Shown piece after piece: positions 63,791 through 64,000 of a stretch of 64,000 nucleotides of DNA. Location: positions 17,608,001 to 17,672,000 of the forward strand of contig CM060734.1 of assembly GCA_030704615.1 (NCBI GenBank). The letters are read 5' to 3'. Below the pieces are notes generated by a model. That model ran no database searches. It was not told the DNA's origin and saw only the letters and a list, made by a program, of their open reading frames with translations. The DNA comes from Takakia lepidozioides (taxonomy: Eukaryota; Plantae; Bryophyta). Positions within the stretch are counted from its first letter, which is position 1. Every line of letters starts with the position of its first letter. Made by a program: the position numbers and the translations under genes.

Positions 63791-64000
63791 GTAGAGTGCG
63801 GAGTGCACTCCCTTCATGGTCTCTCTGCCTACCGAGACGGTACAGGCAGCGAGTGGGGGCGAGCCGGTGAGGACCACGGGGTGTAGACATCCATGGCACA
63901 CGTGGGAGGTGCTCGAGGTTCAGAGGGAGTTGGCAGCCAAGGCAGCTGTGATGGATGTTCTCGGGATGAGGAGGTTCTCAATGATGAGATGATGGGGCAG

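Larger units (their letters stand above)
59892..64000 (+). mobile_element. Ty3/gypsy-like retrotransposon with captured cytosine methyltransferase (gag-PR-DNMT; runs off the window)
   Basis: Collinear gag, two zinc knuckles, aspartic protease and C5-MTase in one degenerate polyprotein-like chain. Confidence 0.85.

Overview
Gene-poor, repeat-rich eukaryotic DNA, inferred to be from a streptophyte and possibly a bryophyte because of plant-type RPS18 and MAD1 fragments and GT-AG introns. It is built almost entirely from nested mobile elements and tandem repeats, with two 500-N gaps. From left to right: (1) two opposed, degenerate Ty3/gypsy elements sharing an LTR, with extra ORFs (1-8985). (2) A 3403-bp tandem unit whose second copy is interrupted by a 15.1-kb Mutator-like (MULE) transposon (13288-28418), with TIRs, an 8-bp TSD and the empty site visible in the first copy. 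This element encodes a GCM-like Zn/DDE/SWIM transposase, a divergent spliced gene fusing a ParB/Srx-like domain to a beta-class N6A/N4C DNA-methyltransferase-like domain, and a head-to-head pair of small unknown paralogues. It also carries about 45 copies of a 22-bp palindrome, phased at 53 bp in the main array. (3) A ~1-kb satellite array containing a second, highly diverged member of the same MULE family (41560-49217). That copy has lost its transposase core but keeps the ParB-MTase gene and has its own, different 22-bp palindrome, phased at 42 bp near its end. (4) A gypsy RNase H-integrase fragment, inverted satellite, and orphan host exons (MAD1, RPS18). (5) A gypsy-like element with a DNMT3-like C5-cytosine methyltransferase after gag and protease (about 59.9-64 kb). 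The best candidate for a new system is the MULE-borne ParB-MTase gene together with its element-specific palindromes, possibly a sequence-specific self-marking or anti-silencing module. All domain calls come from visual motif recognition, not database searches.
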